A DNA stretch of 63,980 bases, the filler included. It is 6 parts of 6 records of this genome, joined end to end, with 100 filler letters (N's around TTAATTAATTAA, not from the genome) between each part and the next. Parts side by side here need not be neighbours in the genome. Positions count along the whole stretch, not along the records: positions 8,762 to 19,460 come from SRR20825010_2394; positions 19,561 to 41,386 come from SRR20825010_2395; 4 more parts are not named here. One strand, written 5' to 3'. The notes beneath the pieces are model-generated. The model searched no databases. It was not told the origin of the DNA and saw only the letters and a list, made by a program, of their open reading frames with translations. This document shows positions 8,762-22,064 of this stretch, piece after piece; the stretch's first letter is position 1; each line of letters starts with the position of its first letter. The position numbers and the translations under genes were made by a program.

Positions 8762-9288
8762 ACAGAAAAGCAATGCTTTCTAACATGGCTTCTTCTTTGA
8801 TCGCGCACAAGAGAATTTCAACTACTGTAGCGAAGGCAAAGGAACTTAGGAAATATGTTGAGCCTCTTATTACAAAAGCTAAGACAGATACAACCCACTC
8901 AAGAAGGGTAGTATTCTCTTATCTTCAAAATAAAGAGACGGTAACAACACTTTTTAGCGAAATCGCTGAAAAGGTGGCAAACAGACCTGGTGGATATACT
9001 AGAATTATCAAAACTGGAAACAGATTAGGCGATAATGCTGATATGTGTATCATCGAATTAGTAGACTACAACGAATTACTACTTAAAGAAGCAGCTCCTG
9101 CTAAGAAAAGCAGCAGAAGAAGCAGAGGTGGTAAAAAATCTGATGAGACTACTGAATCAACTCCTGTAGCTAAAGCACCTAAGGCAAAGAAGGAAGAAAC
9201 TGTTGAAGCACCAGCTGCTGAAACTGAGGAGACACCTGAAGCAAAGGCTGAAGAAGCAAAAGAAGATGATAAGAAAGACGGAGAATAA
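8762..9288 (+). CDS. rplQ: 50S ribosomal protein L17 with acidic C-terminal tail, 5'-truncated
   Basis: '[21 protein letters not shown]', '[18 protein letters not shown]'. Confidence 0.97.
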
Positions 9289-9313
9289 TTCTACTTTCTT
9301 AAAAATATAGAAT

Positions 9314-9347
9314 AAGGGATTGAGCAAATTTGTTCAATCCCTTTTTT
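9314..9347 (+). terminator. Rho-independent terminator after rplQ
   Basis: AAGGGATTGAGCA-aatt-TGTTCAATCCCTT followed by a T run. Confidence 0.85.
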
Positions 9348-9398
9348 ATTTACTTTTGTACCGAATTAAAGATTTGAATTGCGCACCAATCTATAAAT

Positions 9399-11806
<2,408 letters not shown>

Positions 11807-11826
11807 GCACTTAATAAAATACAAAT

Positions 11827-11860
11827 AAAGACTTCATTCCGTAAGGGGTGAAGTCTTTTT
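11827..11860 (+). terminator. Rho-independent terminator after eno
   Basis: AAAGACTTCATTCC-gtaa-GGGGTGAAGTCTTT followed by T's. Confidence 0.85.
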
Positions 11861-11971
11861 GCTTTTCAAGGGATAAATTCCGTCAGAAATCAAAGCGCTT
11901 AATTTATATGCAGCCAATAGTAAATGGCCATACTTTTGATTTTATGCTAAAAAGTTAGTTACTTTTGTAGC

Positions 11972-12271
11972 ATGAAGGCTTTTAACAAAGTACCTCGTTT
12001 CGCAAAGAGCTTCTATTTTCTCTTCGGAACGTTTTTCGTTATCTGGATGCTATTTGTAGATTCCAATGATTTTGTGACTCAGATCAGACTTAAGTCAAAA
12101 CTGACTAACCTTGAGAATCAGAAGGAATATTACATTGAGAAGAAGGTAGAAGTACTCAAGAACAAGGAGGAGTTGACTACGAACCAAGAGTTGCTTGAGA
12201 AATTCGCAAGAGAAAAATACTTAATGAAGAAACCAACTGAAGATCTATTCGTCATAGTAACGGAAGATTAA
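11972..12271 (+). CDS. ftsB: Septum formation initiator (FtsB/DivIC family)
   Basis: N-terminal TM helix, coiled coil, 'LEKFAREKYLMKK'; located after eno. Confidence 0.85.
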   Translation: MKAFNKVPRFAKSFYFLFGTFFVIWMLFVDSNDFVTQIRLKSKLTNLENQKEYYIEKKVEVLKNKEELTTNQELLEKFAREKYLMKKPTEDLFVIVTED

Positions 12272-12333
12272 CCTTAGAAAAAAAATATTGAATATGAAGT
12301 CCTCTTTTTGAGGACTTTTTCGTTACTAGGACT

Positions 12334-12909
12334 ATGAGAAAATTATTGACCGCTGCAGCCTTCTTTTTAATAAGCTTTTCATCACTGCAAGCTCAAATTT
12401 ACTTCGAGGAAGAACCCCAAGAAGAAGATTCTGTCAGTTTTATGGATAGGGTTTATTTTGGAGGGAATTTTTCGTTCAACATAGGGACGGATTTCACATA
12501 CATTGATGTATCTCCACTGGCCGGCTATATGATCACTCCTGATTTCTCCGCTGGCTTGGGTGCTACCTACCTTTATCTTTCACGAAAGTATATCGTTTTA
12601 CCTTCGCGTAATACATTTAAAGTAAGCAGCAGTGTATATGGCGGACGTACTTTTCTCCGACATAATATCTTTGAGACCTATTTTGCCCATATGGAATTTG
12701 AGACTTTAAGCGTTGAGGTCGCTCCTGATCCATACAGCGAAACCACAAATCGTGAATGGGTACCGGGTCTCTTTATTGGTGGTGGTGCTTTTCAGCCCAT
12801 TTTTAAAAAGGGAGGAATAAACATCACAGTATTGTATAATCTTCTCCATGATGATCTGAGATCACCTTATGGGAGTGCGCTTGTGATTCGGGGTGGAATT
12901 ACCTTTTAA
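12334..12909 (+). CDS. Exported protein, probable outer-membrane beta-barrel
   Basis: Signal peptide, alternating beta-strand pattern, C-terminal Phe. Confidence 0.7.
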   Translation: MRKLLTAAAFFLISFSSLQAQIYFEEEPQEEDSVSFMDRVYFGGNFSFNIGTDFTYIDVSPLAGYMITPDFSAGLGATYLYLSRKYIVLPSRNTFKVSSSVYGGRTFLRHNIFETYFAHMEFETLSVEVAPDPYSETTNREWVPGLFIGGGAFQPIFKKGGINITVLYNLLHDDLRSPYGSALVIRGGITF

Positions 12910-13979
12910 AAAGCGATTTCGAATTTTTTGCCAATTTCTTTCAAATCTTCCACAACAGGTTGAAGCAACGGGATACCTTGCTCCATTCTTATTTTCTCCA
13001 TTTCACGTTCTGGATCACCAGGGATAAGCACAGGTTGTCCAGGGTCAACGGGTGTTGAATTTCTAAAACGCTGAATCCAGTTGTCCATGTGTTCTTTAAA
13101 TTCAGTTGCTGGGCGGAAAGCATCGACCCGCATAGCGCCAAAAAAATGCCCTAAACCCTCGCCTACCGGATCACTCACGGGATCCATAAAGCTTACGAAT
13201 GGAGGAGCCCAAGGGCCATAATTGGCACCAGAAAGCACAGCTGAGAAAATATCCACCACAGAACCCATAATGTAGCCCTTATGACTTCCATGCAACCTAC
13301 TTCCACCTAAAGGACGCAAAGCGCCTCCGTCCTTTACACCAAATGCATTGGTGGTGTCCATGCCATCTTTGTCTTGCACCCAACCTTGAGGTACAGGTTC
13401 TCCTTTTCTTTGAAGAATCTCTAGTTTACCATTAGCAGCAGTGGTGGTAGCAAAGTCGCCTAAAAAGGGAGGTTCATTCCCAGCAGGTATGGCGATGGCA
13501 ATCGGATTAGTACCTAAAAGTCTTTCTTTAGAAAAAGTAGGAGAAACCAAAGGACTAGCATTGGTCATTGAAATACCAATCATGTCATTCTGTGCAGCCA
13601 ATAATGAATGGAAGCCAGCAATGCCATAATGATTAGAGTTTTTTACCGAAACCCAACCTGTTCCAACGTTCTTTGCTTTTTCAATCGCTACGCGCATAGC
13701 GAAAGGGGCAACAACCAAGCCGAGCCCAGCATCACCGTCTACAACAGCGGTGCTTGGAGTTTCATAAGTGACCTTGATGTTTGGAGTAGCATTTATCCTT
13801 CCCTTTTCCCAAAGCCTTACATAACCCTTGAGTCTAGCGACACCATGCGAATCAATACCTCTTAGGTCGGCAGAAAGAAGGGTTTCGCAAGCTTGAGTGG
13901 CGTCTGCTTCTGGGCAGCCCATTTTAATAAAAATAGAATGAGAAAACTGATATAAATCTTGGTAAGAATAATTCGACAT
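12906..13979 (-). CDS. Ldh2 family oxidoreductase (malate/L-lactate/ureidoglycolate dehydrogenase family)
   Basis: 'ADLRGIDSHGV', 'NSNHYG', 'GTNPIA', 'HKGY'. Confidence 0.92.
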   Translation of the reverse strand: MSNYSYQDLYQFSHSIFIKMGCPEADATQACETLLSADLRGIDSHGVARLKGYVRLWEKGRINATPNIKVTYETPSTAVVDGDAGLGLVVAPFAMRVAIEKAKNVGTGWVSVKNSNHYGIAGFHSLLAAQNDMIGISMTNASPLVSPTFSKERLLGTNPIAIAIPAGNEPPFLGDFATTTAANGKLEILQRKGEPVPQGWVQDKDGMDTTNAFGVKDGGALRPLGGSRLHGSHKGYIMGSVVDIFSAVLSGANYGPWAPPFVSFMDPVSDPVGEGLGHFFGAMRVDAFRPATEFKEHMDNWIQRFRNSTPVDPGQPVLIPGDPEREMEKIRMEQGIPLLQPVVEDLKEIGKKFEIAF

Positions 13980-13990
13980 TTGCGTAATTT

Positions 13991-14947
13991 TTAGTTCGAA
14001 GTGTTTTTCTCCGATATCTTAATATGCGAAAACGATGTATACAAAAGCCCTTCTTTCAACGCATAAGCACAGGCAGTAATGTTTTCGGTAGTCATATGTT
14101 TTAAAACGAACTGAATTAAGCAACTGGCTACAACAATCATATCCACTCGCATAGTCACCATACCCGGAATATGCATTCGTTGCTTTTTGTTTTTTGTAAT
14201 CAGCTCTTTATAAATAATGTTATTGGCTTCAATAGGAAACTGGAAAGTCAAACTATTTGGTGTTCTCTCAACTCCGTTTTCCTTCATATAAATTTCAGAA
14301 AGCGTATCAAAAGTGCCAGAGCAACCTATTAATCCTTGGGGCTTGAACTCCTCAATGGCGCTTACCAAACTGGAAAGTTCAGTTTCAAGCCAAGTATCCA
14401 TTTCTTCAATGCTTGCTTGAGGCATTGGGTCTTCCTTATGGAATTTGTCCAAGAGCCTTTGTGCACCTATTTCGAAGCTTTGCTTCCAAAAAATTTCCTG
14501 GTTGTTACCAATGATAAACTCAACACTTCCACCGCCAATATCCATAACTAGCTGAGGAGACTCGGTTAATTGCAAAGTAGACTTCACTCCATAGAAAATG
14601 AGTTCAGCCTCACGGTCGCCTGAAATGATTTTAATGTCAATGGAGGTTTTTTCTTTGATCTCGTCCAGCAATTGTTGACCATTTTTCGCAGATCGGATGG
14701 CGCTTGTTGCAACTCCAGTCACGGTTTTGACCTCGAATTGGTCAATTATGGTCTTGAAAACCTGAAGGGTGTGAAGTGCCCTTTTTTTTGCATCAGCTGA
14801 GATTCTTCCTTTGCTAATGCCGTTCTTGCCAATTTTTACGGCTATTTTCTCTCTGTATAGCGTTTTAATTTCGCGCTTACTCACCTCCACTATAAACAAG
14901 TGGAAGGTATTAGTGCCCAAATCAATAACTGCTATTCTCTCTTTCAT
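13991..14947 (-). CDS. ppx: Ppx/GppA family phosphatase
   Basis: 'IDLGTNTFHL', 'ATSAIRSAKN', 'DIGGGSVE'; start reassigned to ATG 14947. Confidence 0.9.
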   Translation of the reverse strand: MKERIAVIDLGTNTFHLFIVEVSKREIKTLYREKIAVKIGKNGISKGRISADAKKRALHTLQVFKTIIDQFEVKTVTGVATSAIRSAKNGQQLLDEIKEKTSIDIKIISGDREAELIFYGVKSTLQLTESPQLVMDIGGGSVEFIIGNNQEIFWKQSFEIGAQRLLDKFHKEDPMPQASIEEMDTWLETELSSLVSAIEEFKPQGLIGCSGTFDTLSEIYMKENGVERTPNSLTFQFPIEANNIIYKELITKNKKQRMHIPGMVTMRVDMIVVASCLIQFVLKHMTTENITACAYALKEGLLYTSFSHIKISEKNTSN

Positions 14948-15081
14948 GCCCCTCTGCAAAGATGGGCGAATATAAGGCATTCTATTAAAATATGGGTGTT
15001 CATCGAAAGGTAATAGATGGCGATTATGTTCTTTTTTTGTACGGACCTGTATATCTTTGACGAGGATATAAAACCACACCT

Positions 15082-16662
15082 ATGGCTAAGAATACCCCGA
15101 TTAAAAAGCACAAAACCAAAGCAGAAAAACTTGAATGGCTGGAGCAGAAAAATGCAGAAGCTTTATTGGGTGGAGGTCAGAAACGAATTGATTCTCAACA
15201 CAAAAGAGGAAAACTCACGGCTAGAGAGCGCCTTGAGTTATTGTTAGACGAAGGTAGTTTTGAAGAAATTGGCAAGTTCGTGGAACACAGGGCTACGGAT
15301 TTCGGTCTGGAGAAGGAAATCTACTTAGGCGATGGGGTAGTAACAGGCTACGGAACGGTTCATGGCCGTTTGGTATATGTGTACTCACAGGATTTTACGG
15401 TTTTTGGAGGTTCGCTTTCCGAAACTCATGCTGAGAAAATAGTGAAGATCATGGATTTGGCCATGAAGAACGGTGCGCCAGTAATTGGCCTGAACGATTC
15501 TGGTGGGGCTCGAATCCAAGAAGGGGTGGTGTCGCTTGGAGGTTATGCCGACATCTTCTATCGCAATACTTTGGCTTCAGGGGTAGTACCTCAAATTTCT
15601 GCCATCATGGGGCCATGCGCGGGTGGTGCGGTGTATTCACCAGCCATTACTGATTTCATCTTTATGGTTGAAAACACTTCTTATATGTTTGTTACCGGCC
15701 CCAATGTGGTGAAAACCGTAACACAAGAGGAAGTGACCTCTGAAGAATTAGGAGGCGCCAGCACACACAGCACAAAAAGTGGAGTAACGCATTTTGCATC
15801 TGCCAACGAGGTGCAGTGCATTAATGAGATCAAACAACTGTTGTCATATATCCCGCAGAACTGCGAAGATACAGCGCCAGTATATGAATATGATTTAGAG
15901 GAAGATGCGGTAAGAACCGTGTTGAACGATATTATTCCAGAAAACCCGAACCAACCTTACGATATGCGTGAGGTGATTCAAGGTTTGGTAGACGAAGATT
16001 CTTTCTTCGAAGTACATAAAAACTATGCTGAAAACATAGTAGTAGGTTTTGCTCGTATTGGCGGAAGAAGTATAGGTATTGTTGGAAACCAGCCTGCTTC
16101 TATGGCCGGAGTTTTGGATATTGATGCAAGTGTAAAGGGCGCTCGTTTTGTGCGTTTCTGCGACTGTTTCAATGTGCCTTTGTTGGTGTTGGAAGATGTG
16201 CCCGGTTTCTTGCCAGGCACAGATCAAGAGTGGAACGCCATCATCACCAACGGAGCGAAATTGCTTTATGCATTCTCGGAAGCTACAGTGCCTAGAATTA
16301 CCGTAATCACCAGAAAAGCTTACGGTGGAGCCTATGATGTAATGAACTCCAAGCACATTGGGGCGGATATGAACTACGCTTGGCCTTCGGCCGAAATTGC
16401 GGTTATGGGAGCAAAGGGTGCCGCAGAAATTATCTTTAAAAGAGAAATTGCTGCTGCTGATGATCCTGAGGCGAAATTGGAAGAGAAAGTAGAAGAATAC
16501 ACTGAAAAGTTTGCTAACCCATATCGTGCTGCACGAAGAGGTTATGTGGATGAAGTAATCTTGCCTCAAGATACCCGCAAGAAACTTATTAGGGCCTTTA
16601 AAATGTTGGAAAACAAAGTGGCTACGCTGCCTAAAAAGAAACATGGGAACATTCCTTTGTAA
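15082..16662 (+). CDS. pccB: Acyl-CoA (propionyl-CoA) carboxylase beta subunit
   Basis: 'GKLTARER', 'SGGARIQEG', '[12 protein letters not shown]', C-terminal 'KKHGNIPL'. Confidence 0.93.
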   Translation: MAKNTPIKKHKTKAEKLEWLEQKNAEALLGGGQKRIDSQHKRGKLTARERLELLLDEGSFEEIGKFVEHRATDFGLEKEIYLGDGVVTGYGTVHGRLVYVYSQDFTVFGGSLSETHAEKIVKIMDLAMKNGAPVIGLNDSGGARIQEGVVSLGGYADIFYRNTLASGVVPQISAIMGPCAGGAVYSPAITDFIFMVENTSYMFVTGPNVVKTVTQEEVTSEELGGASTHSTKSGVTHFASANEVQCINEIKQLLSYIPQNCEDTAPVYEYDLEEDAVRTVLNDIIPENPNQPYDMREVIQGLVDEDSFFEVHKNYAENIVVGFARIGGRSIGIVGNQPASMAGVLDIDASVKGARFVRFCDCFNVPLLVLEDVPGFLPGTDQEWNAIITNGAKLLYAFSEATVPRITVITRKAYGGAYDVMNSKHIGADMNYAWPSAEIAVMGAKGAAEIIFKREIAAADDPEAKLEEKVEEYTEKFANPYRAARRGYVDEVILPQDTRKKLIRAFKMLENKVATLPKKKHGNIPL

Positions 16663-16739
16663 CAAGGGTTTCAACCGTACTGAATTAAATTATAGAACTG
16701 GCCTTGGCCAGTTTTTTAGCATTTAGAATACCGAAAATT

Positions 16740-17810
16740 ATGAATAAGAAGAGTCAGGAATTCCTTACCAAATATTTAAACAATGCTTCGCCAACTGGTT
16801 TCGAAGCTTCTGGTCAACAAATCTGGTTAGATTATATCAAGCCTTATACGGATAGCTATTTCACGGATAAGTACGGAACAGCAGTAGGGGTGATTAATCC
16901 TGATGCAAAGTTCAAAGTCGTTATCGAAGCCCATGCCGATGAGATCAGTTGGTTCGTAAATTACATTGACGACAATGGCTACATCTATGTAGTTAGAAAT
17001 GGTGGTTCTGATCATCAAATAGCGCCTTCTAAGAGGGTGAACATTCATACCGAAAAAGGAATTGTGAAAGGTGTTTTCGGCTGGCCAGCCATTCACGTGC
17101 GTGATAAAGCTTCTGAAAAATCACCGTCATTAAGAAATATCTTCATCGATGTAGGAGCAGAGTCAAAGCAGGAAGTGCTCGATATGGGTGTTCATGTAGG
17201 AACCGTAATCACTTTTGATGATGAAGTTTTTAAACTGAATAAGAAATTCTGGTGTGGTCGTGCGCTCGATAACCGTATTGGTGGTTTTATGATTGCCGAA
17301 GTAGCCAGAAGACTTCATGAAGAAGGTAAGAAACTTCCTTTTGGCCTTTATGTGGTCAATTCGGTACAGGAAGAAATTGGCTTGCGTGGAGCAGAAATGA
17401 TTGCCGCCAGAATTAAGCCTGATGTAGCCATTATTACAGATGTTTGTCACGATACTGCTTCGCCAATGTATGAAAAGCAATTGCAAGGCGATCAGAAATG
17501 TGGTTTAGGACCTGTGTTGGCTTATGGCCCTGCGGTGCATAACAATGTATTGAAAATGCTGATTGATGTAGCTGAGAAGAATAAGATCGACTTCCAGCGT
17601 CATGCAAGTTCAAGATCAACGGGTACAGATACCGATGCTTTTGCTTATTCAAACGAAGGTGTGCCTTCTGCCTTGATTTCTTTGGCTTTGAAGTACATGC
17701 ACACTACAGTAGAAACTGCACATGAGAGCGATATCGAGAAGGTAATTGAACTGATGTATCAGTTTATCCTTCATTTGCCAGCCGATCATGATTTCAGCTA
17801 TTTAAAATAA
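16740..17810 (+). CDS. M42 family metallopeptidase
   Basis: 'EAHADEI', 'ALDNRIG', 'QEEIGLRGA', 'YMHT'. Confidence 0.92.
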   Translation: MNKKSQEFLTKYLNNASPTGFEASGQQIWLDYIKPYTDSYFTDKYGTAVGVINPDAKFKVVIEAHADEISWFVNYIDDNGYIYVVRNGGSDHQIAPSKRVNIHTEKGIVKGVFGWPAIHVRDKASEKSPSLRNIFIDVGAESKQEVLDMGVHVGTVITFDDEVFKLNKKFWCGRALDNRIGGFMIAEVARRLHEEGKKLPFGLYVVNSVQEEIGLRGAEMIAARIKPDVAIITDVCHDTASPMYEKQLQGDQKCGLGPVLAYGPAVHNNVLKMLIDVAEKNKIDFQRHASSRSTGTDTDAFAYSNEGVPSALISLALKYMHTTVETAHESDIEKVIELMYQFILHLPADHDFSYLK

Positions 17811-17815
17811 TTGGT

Positions 17816-18595
17816 TTGGAAGGGAGTGTAAGAGTGGTGTTGGATCAAATGGGGCGGAAGGTAGAAGTGCCTAGTTCGCCTCAACGCATTGTTTCTTTAG
17901 TGCCTTCACAAACAGAATTATTATATGATTTAGGACTTGGTGATCGCGTTGTCGGGGTCACCAAGTTTTGTATTCACCCAAGTGAATGGCATCAGTCCAA
18001 AACCTTTGTGGGTGGTACCAAGCAGTTTAAGTTCGATGTGATTGATAAGCTCAAACCTGACCTAATTATCGGGAATAAAGAGGAAAATTACATTGAAGGC
18101 ATAGAGGAACTGGCTAAGAAATATCCGGTTTGGATGAGCGATATTCTTGGGCTAGACCAAGCTTTCGATATGATATTGGCCATCGGTAATTTGGTAGACG
18201 AGAGGGCTAAATCTATCTCTATTGTTGAAAAGGTGAAGGAGGGTTTTGCTTCACTTCCTTATAAGTCGAGAAAAAAAGCGCTGTATCTTATTTGGAAAAA
18301 ACCGTATATGGCAGCAGGCAGAGAAACCTTTATTGATGAAATGATGGATTTCGCTGGCTTAGAAAACGTACTTTCTGAAAGCCGTTACCCAGAACTTACG
18401 CTAGAGGCTATCCATGAATTAGCGCCTGAAGCTATTCTTCTCTCTTCGGAACCTTATCCCTTTAAGGAAAAACACATTACCGAGCTAAAGGCTATTCTGC
18501 CCAATTGCGACATTCGCTTGGTGGATGGTGAAATGTTCAGTTGGTACGGAAGTAGGTTAATGCAGGCTCCTTCTTATTTTGCAAGTCTGAAATAA
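17816..18595 (+). CDS. Helical-backbone metal receptor (BtuF/FhuD-like binding protein)
   Basis: 'PQRIVSLVPSQTELL', 'VGVTKFCIHP', 'VDGEMFSWYGSR'. Confidence 0.85.
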   Translation: MEGSVRVVLDQMGRKVEVPSSPQRIVSLVPSQTELLYDLGLGDRVVGVTKFCIHPSEWHQSKTFVGGTKQFKFDVIDKLKPDLIIGNKEENYIEGIEELAKKYPVWMSDILGLDQAFDMILAIGNLVDERAKSISIVEKVKEGFASLPYKSRKKALYLIWKKPYMAAGRETFIDEMMDFAGLENVLSESRYPELTLEAIHELAPEAILLSSEPYPFKEKHITELKAILPNCDIRLVDGEMFSWYGSRLMQAPSYFASLK

Positions 18596-18621
18596 AAAGA
18601 GGAAGCTCCAGCAGCTTCCTC
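18594..18621 (-). terminator. Terminator between convergent genes
   Basis: GAGGAAGCT-ccagc-AGCTTCCTC with an A tract on the + strand side. Confidence 0.65.
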
Positions 18622-18629
18622 AAACAGGG

Positions 18630-19131
18630 TTACCTTAACACAGCAATTTCGTTGCACGCGTCTGTATTGTAACACTCCCAAATTTCTTGTCGCTTAAAGC
18701 CGACTTTGTTTTTAGCGCCTTCTTTTAAAGAGAACTTATAATCTCTTTCCCAAACTTTCTTTTTCGATTTGTACTGAGAAGTAGCGTAATAGAAATAGGT
18801 TTGCTCATCAGAGAGTCCCATTAATTTCTTTTCTTTGGGTTTTATGGACTGAAAGTCGGATGTAATCCATTCCCCATTGTATTGTTTGTAATGAATTGCT
18901 ACTTCTATTTTTTCTTTGGAGCGATTCTCAAAAAAGATATGGTACTGTTTTCTTTTGTGCCGTATCTAGGATTAACAATGTGGTGTCTGAGGTATAAAAA
19001 TCAACTGTACCCTCGATATATGCGAGTATTGGTCTGTAGTTAGATCCAGTAGCTTTTTCGGCACGCGCTGTACTGAGAAAAGCCACCAGGCTCGTGCAAA
19101 GCACGAGCACTGAAAAGGTGACAGTTTTCAT
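18630..19131 (-). pseudogene. Secreted protein gene (DUF1036-like) split by a +1 frameshift near 18930-18955
   Basis: The signal-peptide ORF 19131-18928 ends at CTT TTT TGA; the +1 frame reads KQYHIFFENRSKEKIEVAIHYKQYNGEWITSDFQSIKPKEKKL and is contiguous with ORF 18821-18630. Confidence 0.7.
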
Positions 19132-19460
19132 ATAACGTTTAGGTGAAACGGACTTAAAGATGAAGTATTAATATGAAATATTCAACATATTTACATAAAA
19201 CTTTTTTAAGCTTAAGATTTAGTTTATTAAAGTGGCTCTTTGAGTAACTATGGAGGTTCAGTAATAAGGCATTCTACTCAAGATAACTCAAAGGGTAGGA
19301 TACTTCGACCTTTACTTATTTTATAGAGGCTATTTTCTGATGTATTTCTTTGGGTCTAACTCTATGATTTGTATGGGATAATTCGTAATACGACATTTTT
19401 TTTTAAAAATAATTCATTTTCATGGGTGAATTTTCGGTGTTTAAATCATATATAAGTATA

Positions 19461-19560
19461 NNNNNNNNNNNNNNNNNNNNNNNNNNNNNNNNNNNNNNNN
19501 NNNNTTAATTAATTAANNNNNNNNNNNNNNNNNNNNNNNNNNNNNNNNNNNNNNNNNNNN
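19461..19560. other. Artificial contig linker
   Basis: N run with TTAATTAATTAA. Confidence 0.99.
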
Positions 19561-20038
19561 TACATTTTTAAACGGTGCTGTGTTAGGAGATGTGAATGAT
19601 GACGGCATGTTAGACCTTACTGCAAATAGTTATACTCAAACCTTTGGTGGCGGTGTAGACTCTACGTATGTAAGCCTATATAACCTAAACGTACCCTACA
19701 ATCCTGCAACTATAAAACGTAATGGCTATAAAGGCGAAAACACACGTTCTGGTTATGTAAAGCTTGATGATGTGGCTGGTATTACCGAAAACACCCAACT
19801 AAATCTAATAAACATTGCTCCCAATCCTTCAAATGGAATGCTAACCTTTACAGTTCCAGCTGCAATACAAAAAGCTACCGTAAAAATATTCGGGATAGAT
19901 GGGAAAGTAATGCTTTCAGAAGAAACAAATCTTGAAGCTACTTCAAGCTTTAATTTAAAGCATCTTAAAAGCGGTATCTATTTCGTAACCATTTCCGACG
20001 GAAAAAATACTTCAACAGCAAAGTGGATTAAAAACTAA
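19561..20038 (+). CDS. T9SS type-A sorting-domain protein with FG-GAP/VCBS-like repeat, 5'-truncated
   Basis: 'GDVNDDGMLDL'; C-terminal 'IAPNPSNG...LKSGIYFVTISDG...KWIKN'. Confidence 0.85.
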
Positions 20039-20061
20039 GCAACTTGTTATTCTAAAACAAC

Positions 20062-20097
20062 AAAAATCCCTTTCCGTAATTGGAAAGGGATTTTTTT
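20062..20097. terminator. Bidirectional terminator
   Basis: AAAAATCCCTTTCC-gtaatt-GGAAAGGGATTTTTTT between convergent genes. Confidence 0.85.
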
Positions 20098-20141
20098 ATA
20101 TTCCACCTTCTTGAAGTTAAGAATTACAGAAGTAGATAATC

Positions 20142-21188
20142 TTACTCTATAACATTTTGCGAATAACTACGCCATTTATCTAAACAGGCTTCCATATCAT
20201 CAGGGATAGCACATTCAAAACGCATAAACTCTTTCGTAACTGGATGCACAAATCCTAATGTTCGCGCATGAAGTGCTTGGCGTGGCAATACTTTAAAACA
20301 GTTTTCTACAAACTGCTTGTATTTGCTAAACGTTGTTCCTTTTAAAATTCTTTCACCTCCATAACGCTCATCGTTGAAGAGTGTATGCCCTATGTATTTA
20401 AGATGCACTCTAATTTGGTGTGTTCTTCCAGTTTCCAGCCTACAAGAAACAAAAGTAACATATCCCAAACGCTCTAAAACTTTATAGTGCGTAACGGCTG
20501 GTTTTCCTTTTTCTTCTTCATCATTTTCGTAAACAGTGTTCTGTAAACGGTTTTTTGGATGACGACCAATATTACCTTCAATTGTACCTTCTTCATCTTC
20601 CATATTTCCCCAAACTAAAGCCACATATTCACGCTCTGTTGTTTTATCAAAAAACTGCTTGGCAAGAAATGTCATTGCTTCTTCCGTCTTTGCAACTACC
20701 AACAAGCCACTAGTATCCTTATCAATTCTATGAACTAATCCAGGTCTATTACTGGAATTATTGGGAAGGTTTTCAAAATGATATGTCAGCGCATTTATTA
20801 GCGTTCCACTATAATTACCATGACCAGGATGCACCACCATTCCAGCGGGTTTATTAACCACCAGAACAGCATCGTCTTCATACACAATATCTAAAGGAAT
20901 ATTTTCAGGCACTAACAAAAACTCATAAGGTGGATGTTCAAAAAGAACCGTAACCACATCATTCCCTTTTACCTTGTAGTTAGATTTTACAGGAATTCCG
21001 TTTACGTGTATATTACCCGCAACAGCAGCTTTTTGAATTTTATTACGAGTCGCTTTTTCAATCAGGTTCATCAAGTATTTATCTACTCGAAGTGCGCCCT
21101 GCCCCTTGTCTGCCTTAAAACGGTAATGTTCATAAAGGTCATCATTACCATCCGTTTCATCAATTTCCGCTTCGTTAAAATTCGCCAT
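20142..21188 (-). CDS. rluD: RluA family pseudouridine synthase (RluD)
   Basis: S4 domain, 'NKPAGMVVHP', 'HRIDKDTSG', 'GRTHQIRVH'. Confidence 0.92.
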   Translation of the reverse strand: MANFNEAEIDETDGNDDLYEHYRFKADKGQGALRVDKYLMNLIEKATRNKIQKAAVAGNIHVNGIPVKSNYKVKGNDVVTVLFEHPPYEFLLVPENIPLDIVYEDDAVLVVNKPAGMVVHPGHGNYSGTLINALTYHFENLPNNSSNRPGLVHRIDKDTSGLLVVAKTEEAMTFLAKQFFDKTTEREYVALVWGNMEDEEGTIEGNIGRHPKNRLQNTVYENDEEEKGKPAVTHYKVLERLGYVTFVSCRLETGRTHQIRVHLKYIGHTLFNDERYGGERILKGTTFSKYKQFVENCFKVLPRQALHARTLGFVHPVTKEFMRFECAIPDDMEACLDKWRSYSQNVIE

Positions 21189-21807
21189 TATCGTTTTCTA
21201 TGTTTTCTGTTGACGCATCTGGACTTTCTTCCGAAGAATCATCATTAGATTGTATTCTATTTAAAGATTGATCGCCAACTATCAAGTCTATCACAGCTGT
21301 TTTTTCAATTGGGGTTCCTGGATCAAGCTTTTCACCCTTATAGCGCATTTCCAGCACATTATCACTTATATGTGGTCTATAACTTACTTTTCCAACCACA
21401 AAACCCATCGCCAAAAGTGTAGGTTCTGCTTGTCTGCGTGTGCGCCCTAAAACATTTGGAACATCAATTTTTCTGTATCCTGAAGGGTTTAGCGTTAAAT
21501 ATAGCTTTCTATCTTCCTTTACAAATTTTCCTGGCTTTGGAATCTGTTCAATAACTGAATATCGCGGGTAATCTGGATTGTAGTTTGCAGAATCTAAGAT
21601 TTCATAACGCAAATCCATTTCATTTAATGTTTCTTCAACTTTATCTAACGACATTTTGGCCAAATTAGGCACTTCAATCTTTTCATTGTGATTCGTGCTA
21701 ATTCGCAACCACCATAATATTAAAAATGCTAAAATAAGTAGCGCTACTAATGCCAAAAGCAATTGTTTAAAAAATGCTTTGGTTAATACAAACTGGAAAA
21801 AATTCAT
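21175..21807 (-). CDS. PASTA domain membrane protein
   Basis: N-terminal TM helix, 'IEVPNL', 'VIEQIPKPG', 'DVPNVLG'. Confidence 0.88.
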   Translation of the reverse strand: MNFFQFVLTKAFFKQLLLALVALLILAFLILWWLRISTNHNEKIEVPNLAKMSLDKVEETLNEMDLRYEILDSANYNPDYPRYSVIEQIPKPGKFVKEDRKLYLTLNPSGYRKIDVPNVLGRTRRQAEPTLLAMGFVVGKVSYRPHISDNVLEMRYKGEKLDPGTPIEKTAVIDLIVGDQSLNRIQSNDDSSEESPDASTENIENDNGEF

Positions 21808-22064
21808 ACGTTTCTTTGTTAATGCACAAAAATATAAAACCCAAAGGTAGTATCTTTTGTTGAGTTTGAAATTTTAATGAAACTTTAATTGCTACTCACA
21901 AACATATTAAAGCCTTGATTGCTTCCGTTAGTTTGTAAGCTAGCGTCATTCATTATTTTAAAAAGATGTCAAGTAGTTTAATTAAGTGTGCAACTTTAAA
22001 TTTAAACCATCCTACAGACCTTTATTTTTAATACTTTTGTAAACGCAGATTTTAAGCATTTGTT

